Source: Mobula hypostoma (taxonomy: Eukaryota). From it: 60,000 nucleotides of DNA. The notes under the pieces were generated by a model. That model had not been told where the DNA came from, did no database searches, and saw only the letters and a list, made by a program, of their open reading frames with translations. Made by a program: the position numbers and the translations under genes. Below, in pieces: positions 11,073 to 24,000 of the stretch. The stretch is from assembly GCF_963921235.1 (NCBI RefSeq), contig NC_086118.1, positions 22,880,001 to 22,940,000 of the forward strand, written 5' to 3'. Position 1 is the first letter of the stretch; each line of letters opens with the position of its first letter.

Positions 11073-14000
11073 AAGTTTGTTGCATTCCAAATACAAATCA
11101 AGCCAATTTAAGTAAGTGTGGCTAGTATATTGTACTTACATGTTATGTCACATTCTGATGAGTTACAGTTTGCTGTGTTCCTACCTCCCTGTGTTACTTC
11201 TTCATTTGGACTGCTACATGCATTGATTTCCTAATTCTGGATACTATCATCATTACATCATGACAAGTGACTCATGCCAGACCGTCTGTAGGTTTTTATA
11301 CCATTTACAAGTCAGGGTTGTGAAGAAGTACTCTCCATGTGTCTGAAGGAGTACAGTATCCAAGGAAGTCCAGAACAAATCAGCCTACAATCCCAACAAG
11401 CCCAAACATCCATTCCCTGCTCGACAGGAGCATCTTGTGGAAGTGTGTACTGGAAGATGATAAAATAACAAGGAGCTTGTCTCTAACCAAACAAGAGTCC
11501 GAGAGCAAAGCACAGTAAATGTTGACTATCTGAAAGCAAGTGAACTGGAAATGCTCACTCAACAGGCTAACAGCACCTGCTGAGAGAGAAGCAGATCTGA
11601 TACTTTAGGTTGTAACTTTCCATCAGATTAACGAAGCATCAATGAGAAAAAGGGACAATTTGCATTTTTTCCTATTCTAATATCTTCCTGAATATATACA
11701 GCAGAGTAGAAGTGTTTTCCTTCATGAATAATTCATTGGTACATATGCATAATTTAGCTCCTACTTTATTCTTAACTAAAAATTTATAGTGAGAAAGATC
11801 ATCTGGTTTGCTTTGTCCATGTTGCTCATTTGTCAGATTCCCATCACTGTGTGTCAAATACAGATTCATTTTTTCCTTGAAACATTGTCTTTGAAAAACC
11901 ATCCTTGTTTCAAAACATTTCAACCTGGAGGAATGAATCTTGCACTCCCACATTCGTAGTGTAGCTTTAAATGAATGATTCCACATCACTGACTGCTAAC
12001 CAGAGTAAACTGTCACCCCCTCTCATTTTATTCATTTAAAATGCTCTATTTAAAAAAACAATTAATTCTTGTTCCTTTGCTCAACTGAGCATAACTTAAG
12101 CCTTCAGTCTCCTTTCATAACTGAAAGATCACATACATCTATCCTCCTGATGAGACTGGAAATTATGTGCCAATATCTTCCTGAGAAATTTATATTCCCC
12201 GAGCATATAAAAAATGTATGTCCATCTTCTTAAATTGCAGAATATTATTGCTTACATATTATTGCGAGCTCCAGTTCTGTGGGCTATCAGCTGGATGCAT
12301 AATGATGAGGGGCACATGAATGCTCACAGTGCATATCAGTTGAAGTTTGCAGAGCATCTAGTGCTGATTTGGTACCAATGCTAACTTTCTGGTATTCAGT
12401 GTTCCACTCCTGAAAGAAAATCTCTTAATCTAACACGCTTTAACATTCATTTACCAGCATGATGATATCAATCCCAACACTATTTATGGGGATTGTCAAC
12501 TAATTAAAGGTTAGTAAAAAAAAACTGCAGATGCTGAAAGTCAGAAATAAAATCAGTACGTGCCAGAAATATGCAACTGCTCTGGCAGCATCAGAGAAGA
12601 GAGAAAAAAATAAAGGTTAGTAGTTTTTTTTTTGCTTTTAGAGCATAGAACATTACAGCACAGTTTAGACTCCTCAATCCACAATGTCGTGCTGACCTTC
12701 TAACCTACTCTAAGATCTGGCAAATCCTTCCCTTCCACATAGCCCTCCACTTTTCTATAATCCGGTTTGCTTCATCCCGTCTGCTCATTTGTCAGATCAT
12801 TACTGTGCTTTTGACTTCCTGCCACTACATTACTCACTGCGGATTCTTGGTGGGACCTGAAATAGATTTGAGTTGGAAAAGTTGACAGAAATGTGTGCAG
12901 GGCTTTATGCTGACATCATGGCTTCTGCACAAACAATTTCCTCTCAACACAGAACCCTGGTATACAACAGTCTGGGTCCATCTATAATCCACACATTACA
13001 TATTCCTCATTTTTTGTTTGTGAATCATCTGTCAGCCAATCCACTCAATCACTCCAAACATTTGTCTCAATCCACTTAACTATCCTTCAGAAGCTCATGC
13101 ATTTCTAAATATGCACTAATACATTTGACTTAATTGATTTATTCAATCTAAATATCTATTGATTTCTATTTAATTGCAAATAGATCACTTGCTCAAATTC
13201 TACGGCATCATGCACAGAGCTCCTGGGCTACATCTGGTCCCTCGTAAAAGTTTGTGATATTGGCTTCTGTTCTCCAACAGAGGCACCACAAGGATATTGG
13301 AACAACACAAGAAAAAGATACAAGTATTTCACCAGATATGTGAGAGTGATTTTTACAGCAATATAAGCAAATAAAACACATCCAAGTATTCGAGGAGCCC
13401 AGGATGTGGAACGCTGAAGACACTGACTCACTTCATCCTCTCACTTTAGGTACAAACTGCCCAAAATAGAAATGCAGTTGAGTGACGGAAGGGTCGACAT
13501 TCTTGATGGTAGTGTAGCAGTGGTCAAGTGTATTGGGTCCTCTGGTGTTGATGATAGCTGGGTAGAGATTTCTTCAAGATTGAAGTCCCCAGAACGGATG
13601 TGAAAGGCATCAGAGCAGGCCAATTCTTGTCAGTTAACCAAGGCACTCAATACATCATTCACAGCAGGGAATATTGCTGGAGATGTAAATGTTGAATATT
13701 TAACTTTAGGTTGGATTAAATCTTAGGATCAGCTAACTTTACTTATAAACATTATTTGAACACTACACTGACTGAAATATTCATTTTTTTTTAGCCCCAC
13801 GTGCTTGTTGAAGACATATTATTAAGTCAAGTGGTCTGGGGGTTCTGCTACATATTAAAAGGATGATTCATGCAAGAACATTTTTTACACATGGACAGAT
13901 GTGCTTTAAAGTACAGACATGGAATGAATTCCCCTACCTACTCATTGCTACTATTTACTTATTAGTAAAATTTGAGTTCAAAATGAATGTCTGCTTGAAA

Positions 14001-14371
14001 CTTAAGAATGAGAGTATATTACGTGATTATTACTTTGTGAGTCCATGCAGAGGTCAGTACCATTATAACATCAGGTTGCAATGTGCTCCCATACTATGGG
14101 GTCTGCTCTTCCAGACAGACGTTGCATTTTTTTTCCCCTATGGCAAATAAAGTCATTGGTTTTCCATAATACTGTCATCTAAACCAGTAGCATAGCTCAA
14201 TGCTTTTTCAGTTCATGCTGACTAAGATGGTAATTAGAAAAAACAAAGATCCATATGCTAATAGTTCAGGAACGTTTTAGGTTGCCTATTCAGAAGAACT
14301 AATAAAACTTAATGAATTGTACTTTGTCAGTATAATGCACACTGATGTCTTTCAATTAACACTCTTTCCGC

Positions 14372-14880
14372 AACCATATCGCAGCCACCACCCTGCGACC
14401 AGACATTGTCCTAGTGTCTGAGTCTACTAAGCAAGTGGTGCTGCTGGAGCTGACAGTCCCATGGGAAGATAACTTGGAAGAGGCCTTTGAAAGGAAGCTC
14501 TCCAAGTACGCAGGACTGGTCAGCAACTGTCAGCAGGCTGGATGAAGAGCGAGGTGTCTCCCAGTGGAGGTTGGTTGTAGGGGATTCGTAGCCCATTCTT
14601 TAGTTAGAGCCTTCAGCATTTTGGGCATCGAGGGAGAGAGGAAGAGGAGAGCCATCGGCAGTACCACCGATGCGGCAGAGAGGGCCTCAAGATGGCTGTG
14701 GTTCAAAAGAGGGGAGCCATGGAGTCATAAGTAGCTAGCCATCTGGACACAAGCTGGGGTCTGATCAGCCGCGGCTGGGTCACCTGGAGGAGGTTGTATG
14801 ATGTTGAAAGACCCGAAACACCCGATGATTCCAGGAGCATCACTGAAGATGTGTCCAGAAGCATCAATAGATGTATGTAC
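14372..14880 (+). mobile_element. HERO-like (R2 group) non-LTR retrotransposon 3' end: restriction-like endonuclease domain plus 3'UTR
   Basis: 14372-14734 translates NHIAATTLRPDIVLVSESTKQVVLLELTVPWEDNLEEAFERKLSKYAGL...LPVEVGCRGF...AERASRWLW with one TGA at 14543-14545; RPD..ELTVPWE..KY is the RLE signature. Confidence 0.85.
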
Positions 14881-15434
14881 ACAGCCACACTTACTATTTA
14901 CTGTGCCAATGCATGAGGGAGATTACTAGTTTCCTGTTGAGATCTTCCCAGAGAAATCTTGTCCCTTACACATTGTACTGCTCCAAGCCTGCCAGCTCAC
15001 TGTCAGATGAAAGAACTCCTCTGCAAGTTGGAATGTTGTGAAAGTTTTCAGTTTTGAACCTTCTCTTTGCAGTCGCGGGAATGGTTGAGTTCAGTTCTGT
15101 GTGGTCTTCAGAGCTGTAATAGATGAGCAGCTTGTGAAATTCAATCGTGAATTTTTGTTCTAGTGATCCTTACTGAGTGTATCATAACACTTGGTTAGTA
15201 TGTAAATCATCTCGGACTTGAGAGTGGATCGTTAAGTGGCCATTCTGTTTTTTTGAAATGTTCATTTGGATCCAGAATTTTAACTTAATCTCATGATTCA
15301 GAATATATTCAGTGAGGGTTCCCTTGCCCTCCTCATGCCATTTGTCTGAATATATTGTAATGTCCTTTCCTCTTATTTTTTTGCTACACTTAATCTTTTA
15401 AGTGACAGCTAAATCTGTATAGTTTGTCCCACAG

Positions 15435-15469
15435 ATTTAAAACATTTGATCGGTGATTATACCAGCAGA
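15435..15469 (+). CDS. Candidate 35-nt coding exon ((D)LKHLIGDYTSR)
   Basis: tttgtcccacag acceptor, consensus gtaagt donor, phase 1 to 0, in frame with 18699. Confidence 0.5.
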
Positions 15470-17094
15470 GTAAGTTTCATGTGAGAAACCAATGCAATTG
15501 TGAATTTAGAGGTTTTAAGTAATGTACCACCTTGTTGAAAGCAGAAGCCTGCAAATGTAAGAAATATGGTACATTGGGCTAGTGATGAATTCTTGGAAGC
15601 GGTTTAAATACTGAGCTCCACAAGCATATCAGCACATGACAGCTCTATTTCTAAAGGCACTACTTTGAGTATTTTGTGCTATATCCTATTGCAGACATGG
15701 AGAGCAGAGAAAAGGAATTATTGTTAGCATCTAATGAACATACTTGCTGGGTTTTCTGGATATTACTTTTCCCACTCTAAAACAGAAATTTCTCCAATTC
15801 CTAAGATATTCCACATGGCAAGTTTGCTGACATTTTATTCCATATATTTGTAATGTCTAGAAGTTAAGCCTTAAATAACATCTACCATGTGATTTTCTAA
15901 TCTTATAATCACACTTCTGGTTCTATTCCTCACACTCTCCGGTTCTCTGGCTTTGTACAAAGAATCTTCCAGTTTCCACCGTATTAATTCCCTTCATAAT
16001 TTGAAACTATTGAATTGAGGCCTCGGACTTCTTTTCTGTAATGAGAATAAGTTGGATTCTCTGAGCTTTTATTCGCAGCTGCCTGATCAAAGCTCTAGAA
16101 CCTTGTCTTTTGTGTTTTCTCATTAACCTTGAATATTATGTATGTAATATTGTATGTAAGATGGATGTAAAATCCTAACTACACTTTCACTAATTTTACA
16201 TGTGTTATCAATATGCTTGCTAGGGTAGGAGCAGCATTTACAGAGGAAGTAGGTTATTTTGGGGCTGGATAAAGATGTACTGATTATATAAATTAAAGCA
16301 GACACCTACTAGGACATTGAGTGCTATAATCCAATCTGGGAATTCAGACGAGATTTATAATCCTCTGATGTATGTCTGTTGTGCTTAACAGTATCATTTG
16401 AGCCTAATAATTGGATTAAGGTTGTGAAACACTCTTTCAGGTATCTGTCATTCCACTTAAATTTTATGGAAGCATGTTCATGTGTCAAACAATGTCAAAA
16501 GGTACATTAATATTTAAGGGACCCTGTGGAAATGGTAAATTATTGCAAGCTCCCTGTGAGATTCTTTTCTATTTCACCTGCCACCACCTCATTTAAAGAC
16601 AATCTTCTGTCCCTGCAAATAAGGGACTTTGACAGTTCAATTTAAATTTCAAATGGAAGCCCAAAGCTCCAAGAAGCCACAAGCAAAAATCAAACATGTT
16701 TGCTGTGTAGCCAATAACAGAAGAACCATGAATTTGCGGTCCACTGCGTAATATCAAAGTGCCTTGTATTATCAGGGTGATTTCTATAATGTGGCTGTTT
16801 TTAAGTTTGATCACTTATTTAAACATCACATAATGCATTATGGAAACACCACTAAATTAATTAAATGTAGTGTGGTACCTTATAAATAATCATTTGGCAG
16901 AAGCAGTGGCATTAATCTTGTGTTTCAACATTAGTCATTTATTTTTATCAACCAGCTCTGACATGCTCATCCACCTGCCCAGCTTCATAAATCAATGATT
17001 CTTACTTACTCTTTGTCTTTATGATCAGCCCAATTAGAGCTATTAAAACAGAATATGGTACAAAACCTTTGCTGACTGTATGACGATCATCAAC

Positions 17095-17212
17095 ACAAGC
17101 TGGAAATACAGAGTAACACACTCAAAATACTGAAGAAACTCATCAGGTCAGGCAGCATCGATGGAGAGAAAAAGCTGTCAACATTCTGGGCCAAGATCCT
17201 TCTTCAGGACTC
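17095..17212 (-). repeat. Penelope-derived repeat with decayed hammerhead
   Basis: Reverse complement agtcCTGAAGAaggatcttggcccagaatgttgac. Confidence 0.65.
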
Positions 17213-18274
17213 ATCACTGTGTTTACTCTTTCAGAATCAATAGGTTTTCAATGTATTAATGCAACTAGCAAGTGAATGGTTTACAGCAGCAGTATTAAGT
17301 TACTGATAAACAATATCTTCTTTTTGCACATATTCATAATATTCTAGTTTCAGGACCAAATGCACTTCTTCATATTTTGCCGAACCTTCGCGATCTACAT
17401 GTAATTCGTACTATTGATCATTTTATCTGCTGGGGTTCACGCAGGAGACTGCTGTTCTGATCATTTATTTAACAGGAATGTTGAGCTAACGTTCAGAATC
17501 ATCAAAGTTGCAGAAAATAGGAGTTAGCTTTGATATCAACTCTGCAGCTTTCAACAGATGCCAACTTCACAGCAAAAATCAAGATTAATTAAATTGGGAA
17601 AAAAGTTATTAGTTAATACAGTTAATCTAAATCTGTTATCCTTACATACAGTTGTAACAAGAAATGTAATTCTATATTAATTTAAATCATAACTTAATCT
17701 TAACTGATGTATGACAGTACAGTGCTATTGATTTAATTAAAATTGTTTTCTGAGTGACTAGCAGACAACATCTAGTGCAGTGCTTCAAAAAAACTAAACT
17801 GGGAAAGATTATATATGCACAGAAGTATGAATCATTTTCTACAGATCTTCCCGTGAGAGCATTAGGTCACAAGATAACTTTTGGACCTAATACAATATTT
17901 TTGCAGAATCCATCAGTCACAATACCCATAGTGCTTAGAACCCATACTGCCATATTACGAGTATAACAAAGCTTGCTTTTGATAAATAGACTGTTGTCTG
18001 ACACAAACATTAAACCTGTGAAATTCAGTATCAGCGAAGCACTGCCAGGCCTGGAGTTTTGCCCACCAATTCAACTGTTGCAGGTTAGACAACTCATCTT
18101 TAGTTCTGTTTCTATGTAGATTCCTGCTCTTATAGATTGCTTTTTTTCACTGAAGCCAGGTTGGAGACTAAGATTCCATCTAATACATAGAGTAAAGAGG
18201 AGTTAATAGTTGAACCAGAACTTCAAGAAGATTTCATTACTCTGACAGTATCATGTGGCAGCAGTTTAATATTT

Positions 18275-18372
18275 AGAGTAACACATATAAATGCTGGAGG
18301 AACTTAGCATGTCAGGCAGCATCTATAGAGAAGAATAAACAGTTGGCATTTTGGACCGGAACCCTTCATCGT
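18275..18372 (-). repeat. Penelope-derived repeat with decayed hammerhead
   Basis: aaatgctggaggaacttagcatgtcaggcagcatc...acccttcatc. Confidence 0.65.
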
Positions 18373-18698
18373 TTCGTATTAAAATCTATTCAGTTTGCCT
18401 CCTGAACTCACTACCTGTGATCTCACCCTGCACACGCTTACCTGTGTCAGATCTAAAGATGTGAATGAAATTTTAACAGTCTCGAAGGAAAATCAGGAAC
18501 AGAGTTTTATCTCTTGTTAAGGTAAGGGCCATTTAGTTTATAAATTCACTAATATTTAAGCACTTTTAAAATTGCTGAAGCAATCTGTAAGTGAAAGAGA
18601 ATGAAAACATTAAAAAGTAGTAAAATGCTTAAAAACGTTAAAATGAAATAATTTAAAAAGTAAATAACTTAACTTACTATTTTTCTCCTAATCTCCAG

Positions 18699-18929
18699 AG
18701 CGGGTCTCCCCATGCAGGTCTGCCTGGCACAGGATCACAGGCTCAGATGTCCCAGCATAATGCTTGGGAATCCCAGCTTAATCAGCCTCTGTTGTTGAAC
18801 TCTACATGGCGTCCCGTGATGGAGCGTAGTGGCAGATTTCCTGATCTGGGAGCAGCTGAATGCCAGCAATTCCGTTATGGAAGCCCCAACCATTTCCAGG
18901 ATGTTGTCCACCATTTAGTACATGCATGA
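18699..18929 (+). CDS. Candidate terminal coding exon (SGSPHAGLPGTGSQAQMSQHNAWESQLNQPLLLNSTWRP...FQDVVHHLVHA*)
   Basis: GC-richer 76-codon open frame starting exactly at a ttttctcctaatctccag acceptor and ending in TGA, where AT-rich repeat-free sequence begins. Confidence 0.6.
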   Translation, partial: SGSPHAGLPGTGSQAQMSQHNAWESQLNQPLLLNSTWRPVMERSGRFPDLGAAECQQFRYGSPNHFQDVVHHLVHA

Positions 18930-19920
18930 GTGACTGCAAAATTTTAAACTTTCATAATTCTAATTAAACACAAATTTAAATGAACATATTTATAATTCAC
19001 ATATTGAGGACTGAAGGGAAATGTGGTGAAGAACAGTATACAGTATTTCCTGTGTGAACCTTCAATATTTTTTATTACAGTTAAAAAAGGAAAGACTTCT
19101 CATGTTCTTTTCAAATTAGCTGTGAGCTACTTACTTCAAGAAAAGGAATTAAATAGCATTAAACATATAACTATATACATAGTAGTCCTATATGGAGCTT
19201 AGAATTAGTGCTCTTTGAAGAATGAAAGTTAAGGCACTTGATTTAATTCCAAGGACATATGATTTTCAAAGGAACGTCTGGTAATGGCAACCAGTGAGTT
19301 ATGAGTATTTAACAAGGAATATATTTCACTGACAACTATGAATGGCTCCCATTTATATCCAGGTTTTTATAGGTATGAAATTTATACAATTTGCTGCTGC
19401 TATTTAATTTAAAATTCATTTTGTGATAGTAGCATTTGTAAGGTTAATTGGAGTAATTTTAATTTGCTCTGAATATGTTATTTGGTGCTGTAGGGAATAA
19501 TCTGTACAATAAGTGAACGGAGTTTATCTGCAGCAATTAAACAGGCACATCTTAATTTTGCTGAATTTTGTCGACTTTTATCAACAGTGCTTGCTTCAGA
19601 TCCTAATAATAAATTTGTCTAACCCACCCAGGTCTTTGAATAATCTATCATTGTCCAGTGCTTTTATATTTAATAACAAAACTGTTTGAATTCTTTTGAT
19701 TCTTTTGCTTGGAATAGAGATATCAGCATCTGTCCAGCGGGATATCTGCCTATTTTAACTGCTTACTGCTGGAATTAGGAATTATCTATGAGTTAATTGC
19801 CATGCAAAAACAGATCTTGCAATGTTAAGGCTTTGTATGTCAGGGTTTCTCTCCCACTGTTTGCAAGGAAATACCGTCAGCATAAACGATAAAAATAAAT
19901 AATATTAACCACTAAACTTT
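18930..19920 (+). other. Putative 3'UTR with polyadenylation signals
   Basis: Repeat-free AT-rich tract; AATAAA at 19608-19613 and 19894-19899. Confidence 0.35.
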
Positions 19921-20009
19921 ATGAACATTCAAGACTTTCTCCATTTGATGACACAATAGGAATGGCTCTTCTTAGTGTTAAGTTGTCTGCATTTTGCTAT
20001 AGAGTTATA

Positions 20010-20365
20010 GTGTAAAGAACATTACAGCACAGAAACAGGCCCTTTGGCCCATCTAGTCTGTGCCAAACCATTAATCCATCTAGTCCCATTGGCCTGCACC
20101 CAGACCATAGCCCTCCATACCCCTCCCATCCATGTACCTATCCAAATTTCTCTTAAACGTTGAAATCAAACCCACATCTGCCACTTGTGCTGGCAGTTCA
20201 TTCCACACTCTCACTACCCTTCGAGTGAAGAAATTCCCCCTCATGTTCCCCTTAAACGGTTCGGCTTTCTCCTTAACCCATGACTTTTAGTTGTATCCTC
20301 ACCCAACCTCAGTGGAAAAAGCCTGCTTGCACTTACCCTATCTATACCTTTCATAATTTTGTATA
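20010..20365 (-). mobile_element. CR1 LINE 3' end fragment
   Basis: Peptide 'YKIMKGIDRVSASRLFP...HGL'. Confidence 0.8.
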
Positions 20366-20949
20366 ATGATCCAGTGTGGCCGCTGAAGTATTGAAACCTT
20401 GTGATTTGCAGCAACTGTCTGGACGAGATCCTAGGCAAAAGAGTTGCTTTTGTTTCAAAAGTAGCTTGTGTGACAGCTGTTACACAATATCCCATTAGTT
20501 TGTCTCATTTCTGAAATACAGGAGTTGTTAATTGCCAGATAAAATGGGAGCCCTGTTACTGTGACGTGGAGGTCATTCTTGAAAACAGAAAGTCCTTAGG
20601 AGAAAAAATCCACTGAAGGACTATAATACAAGGTGAAAGGGCAACTTTATATTTCAATAGGGGCTACATCTGTTATGTTTTTTTATATAATGATCTTCAT
20701 AAGTTAAATTGAACCACATATCCTCAATTTATAGGTGACAGAAATTTTAAAGAAATATTTCCCATAACAAAATAGATAATCATTGAGAATAAATGACACA
20801 AATAATGTGTCCTGTAAAATATTGCTAGCAGTGCACTACCGTTAACTACACAATCATATTTCAATGAAACAAAATGCAATAAAATTAGATTATTCTCGCT
20901 GAAGGAGAAGCTAAGTGATAGGTGGTAATTCTTCGAATAAGTGATATCC

Positions 20950-21175
20950 AGTATCAGAATAAGGTTTGTTATCACTGCCATTAATCTTGAAATTTGTTGC
21001 TTTGTGGTAAAAGACTTAAATATTATTGTAAATTAAAAATGAGTGAATAAATAGTACAAAAGAGGAATAGCAAGGCAGCGTCCATTCTGAAATCCGATGG
21101 CTGAGGGGAGGAAGGTGCTCCTAAAATATTGGGTGTGGGTCTTTAGGCTCCTGTTCCTCCTCCCCAGTGCCAGTA
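20950..21175 (-). mobile_element. Rex1-like LINE 3' end fragment
   Basis: 'GRRNRSLKTHTQYFRSTFLPSAI' plus atcagaataaggtttgtt tail. Confidence 0.7.
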
Positions 21176-22450
21176 ATAGAGCACTACAGCAGAGAAACAG
21201 GCCTAGAGCCCATCCAGCCCACACCAATCTGTTTTTCTGCTATGTCCCACCTGAACTATAGCCCATTATACCCCTCTCATCCATGTACCTATCCAAACTT
21301 AAACATTGCAATTGCACCCACATCCATCACTTCCACTGGCAGCTTGTTCCACACTGGCATTGCCCTCATAGTAAAGAAGTTCCTCCTCCTCAGGTTCTCC
21401 TTAAATAGATCACCTTTCAGTTTAAACCTGTGGCCTCTAGATCTAGTCTCAGCCAGCCTGTGTAAATCGTACCCTGGTTTGTCCTGCCAAACTGCAGCAC
21501 TTCACACTTGTCTGTATTAAATTCCCGCTGCTGTTTTTCCGCCCATTTTCCTAGCTGTTCCAGATCATTTTACAAGTTTTGATTGCCTTCCTCACTGTCC
21601 CTTATGCCCTCAATCTAGATGTATTCCACAAATTTTCCAATCATTTAAATCATGAATATGGATGATAAACATCAACATGCCCAGCACCAACCAGTCAGAG
21701 AGAGATAACACTTTCTGTCTTCTTCCACTGAGCCAATGTTAGACCCAATTTACTACTTCATCCTGAATGCCAAGAGCCTTAAACTTCTAGACCAGGTTCC
21801 TAGTATGTGTGACCTTGCCAAAGGCTTTGCTAGTGTCCATGTAGACAAATTCCATCACCTTTCCTTCATCAACCATCCTCATAACTTCCTCTAAAAGCTC
21901 CATAAGTTTGGTTAGACATGACCAACAGTGCACAAAGCCATGTTGACCACCCCTAACAAAACCCTGTCTAACCAATTGCTTATATATTCTATCCATTTGA
22001 ATACCTTCCAGTAATTCACCCATGACAGATGTCAGTGTGAACAACAAACAATTCTTGCTGCCCTCCAGTCCTCCGGCACCTCACCCATGCCTGAGGCCAT
22101 TTTAAATATCTCTGCCCAGGGCCCCTGCAATTTCTGTACTAACCTGAAGGGACGCATTGGCATGCCAGTGGGATTTATCTACCCTGACTTGCCTCACGAA
22201 AGCAAGTACCTCCTCGTCTATAAACCAGATATGGTCTATGTCCTCGGTACTCTTATGCCAAGCTCCATAGGTCCCATGTCTGTCTCCCAAGTAAATATAG
22301 ATGCAAAGAAGTCATTTAAGATCTCCCCTGTCTCTTTCGGTTCCATGCATAGACGATGACGCGGATCTTCAAGAGGACCAATTCTGTCCCTTTTTCTCTT
22401 AATATATTTATAGAAGCCTTTGGAATTCACTTCCACCTTGTCTGCCAGAC
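21176..22450 (-). mobile_element. Deleted and degenerate CR1 ORF2 fragments
   Basis: 'QHGFVHCWSCLTKLMELLEEV...VYMDTSKAF' and 'KGFYKYIKRKR...EILNDFFASIFT'. Confidence 0.8.
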
Positions 22451-22554
22451 TTTCTAATATTTTGTCTGAGTAAATGCTTTTGTTCTTCGGTATAAAATGT
22501 TGATAATTCATTTAAAGATACCTTCTATATATTCGGGTGATGGGGGTTGGGGGG

Positions 22555-22925
22555 GAGGGATGGTGGAAGATGCATCTTTACCAAAGGAGGTGTAAGGTGC
22601 TCCTTCCCTCTGGTAGCCTGCAGTTCACCCTTGGGCAAGGTGTAGCACCCAATCAGGGTCACATAAAATCATGGGAGCAGGTGGCGCTTTAGTTGTATGA
22701 GCAGCTGGTGTATTTCACAAGTCCTGGTTATGTGACCACTGATGCCATGCAGACAATCACAGAAGAGTATTAATAATGGCAAGGGTCACCTGTCTTGTAA
22801 AGACATTGCCAAGAAGAAGGCAATGGCAAAACCACTTCCATAGAAAAAGTTGTCAAGAACAATCATGGTCATGTAACGATGATCTCCTATGTCATGTGAT
22901 ATGGCATATAATGATGAAGATGATC
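22555..22925 (+). mobile_element. RTE-tailed SINE-like element, copy 1
   Basis: gaaggcaatggcaaaccact RTE-type 3' motif, (gat)n tail; inverted homolog at 27753-28125. Confidence 0.7.
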
Positions 22926-23299
22926 TACTCAAGAATGGAAGGCAGGAACACGGAATAAAGTATCCATTCTTGTTCTTAGATTTCACATCTTCGAACAGTC
23001 AAAGAAAGTAGGTTCAGATGTTAACAAAATGCCTTCAAAATCAAAAATATCATTAAATTTAAAGATATGTGGGCCTAGAAAAAGCTGCGCACCAATTTTG
23101 GTGCAAAGACAGTATTGTGAAGTTACAGCAGTTCTGTTTTGTGAGCATTACATCAAGTATGGGAATTTCATTTGCTGGGTTTAAGTGGAATGAATTGGAC
23201 AAAGAGAATACCTCTGAAAGGCTGATGCTAGAATTATTAAGAGGTTAAGTTGTTGATGGGCAGTTCGAGAGATGCTCCACACTAATTTTGTGATATGTT

Positions 23300-24000
23300 G
23301 TAAATGGTAAATCTGGGTGTGCTAATAGAGAGGGGATAAACCATACTGCCCTTATTGATGCTCTTTGCTTCCTCATCAAAAAGTTCATTCAAGTTAGTCA
23401 AACATACTGTTCTCATAACAATGACTGTCTCTGATTCATCTTTGCCTTTTCTCAGCAAAAAGCTTCGTTGGCCTTCAGAACTAATTCCAGTAATTTCCCC
23501 AGCTCTGAAGTTCAATAAGCAGCCTGTGATTTCAACCCTTTCTCTGTTTTAAAACAGTGGTATCTCATTAGCGGTCCTCCAATCCACTGCCATCTATCTT
23601 ATCACCAGTAAAACTTGGAAAATGATGGCCAGAACCTGTGGAATTCTCTCTCTTGCTTCTTTTAAAAGCCTGGGATATATTTTACCACAGCCCGATGATT
23701 TACTGACCAACAAAGAAGATTTAACCTTAATACTTACTTGTTTAGTGTTTCTTCGAGGCAAAATTCCACACATTTGGCTCCAATATTTAGCATCAGAAGC
23801 ATTTCCAATTTTTCTAAAGGCAGTTTTTCACATCTTCCACATCTGCGCTCGTGTTACCTTTTCTGTCCTGAACTAATCCTATTCTTTCCTCCATTGTCTT
23901 TTTACTCTATATGTTCTTATAAAACATCGTTGAATTATCTTTGATTTTACCTGCCATTTTTTTTTCATGTTTCCAATAGTTTTCCTAATTTCCCTCTGAA
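23300..24000 (-). mobile_element. Old CR1 ORF2 remnant
   Basis: 'CLTNLNELFDE' motif on the minus strand; heavily decayed. Confidence 0.55.

Noticed and set aside
14790..14825. Hammerhead-like words TGATG...GAAAC in the HERO-like 3'UTR
   Set aside because: Core is not CUGANGA and there is no stem I; not called a ribozyme
18678..18934. Alternative minus-strand exon (ttttgcag acceptor, gtaagt donor)
   Set aside because: All three minus frames contain stops; the plus-strand frame is fully open
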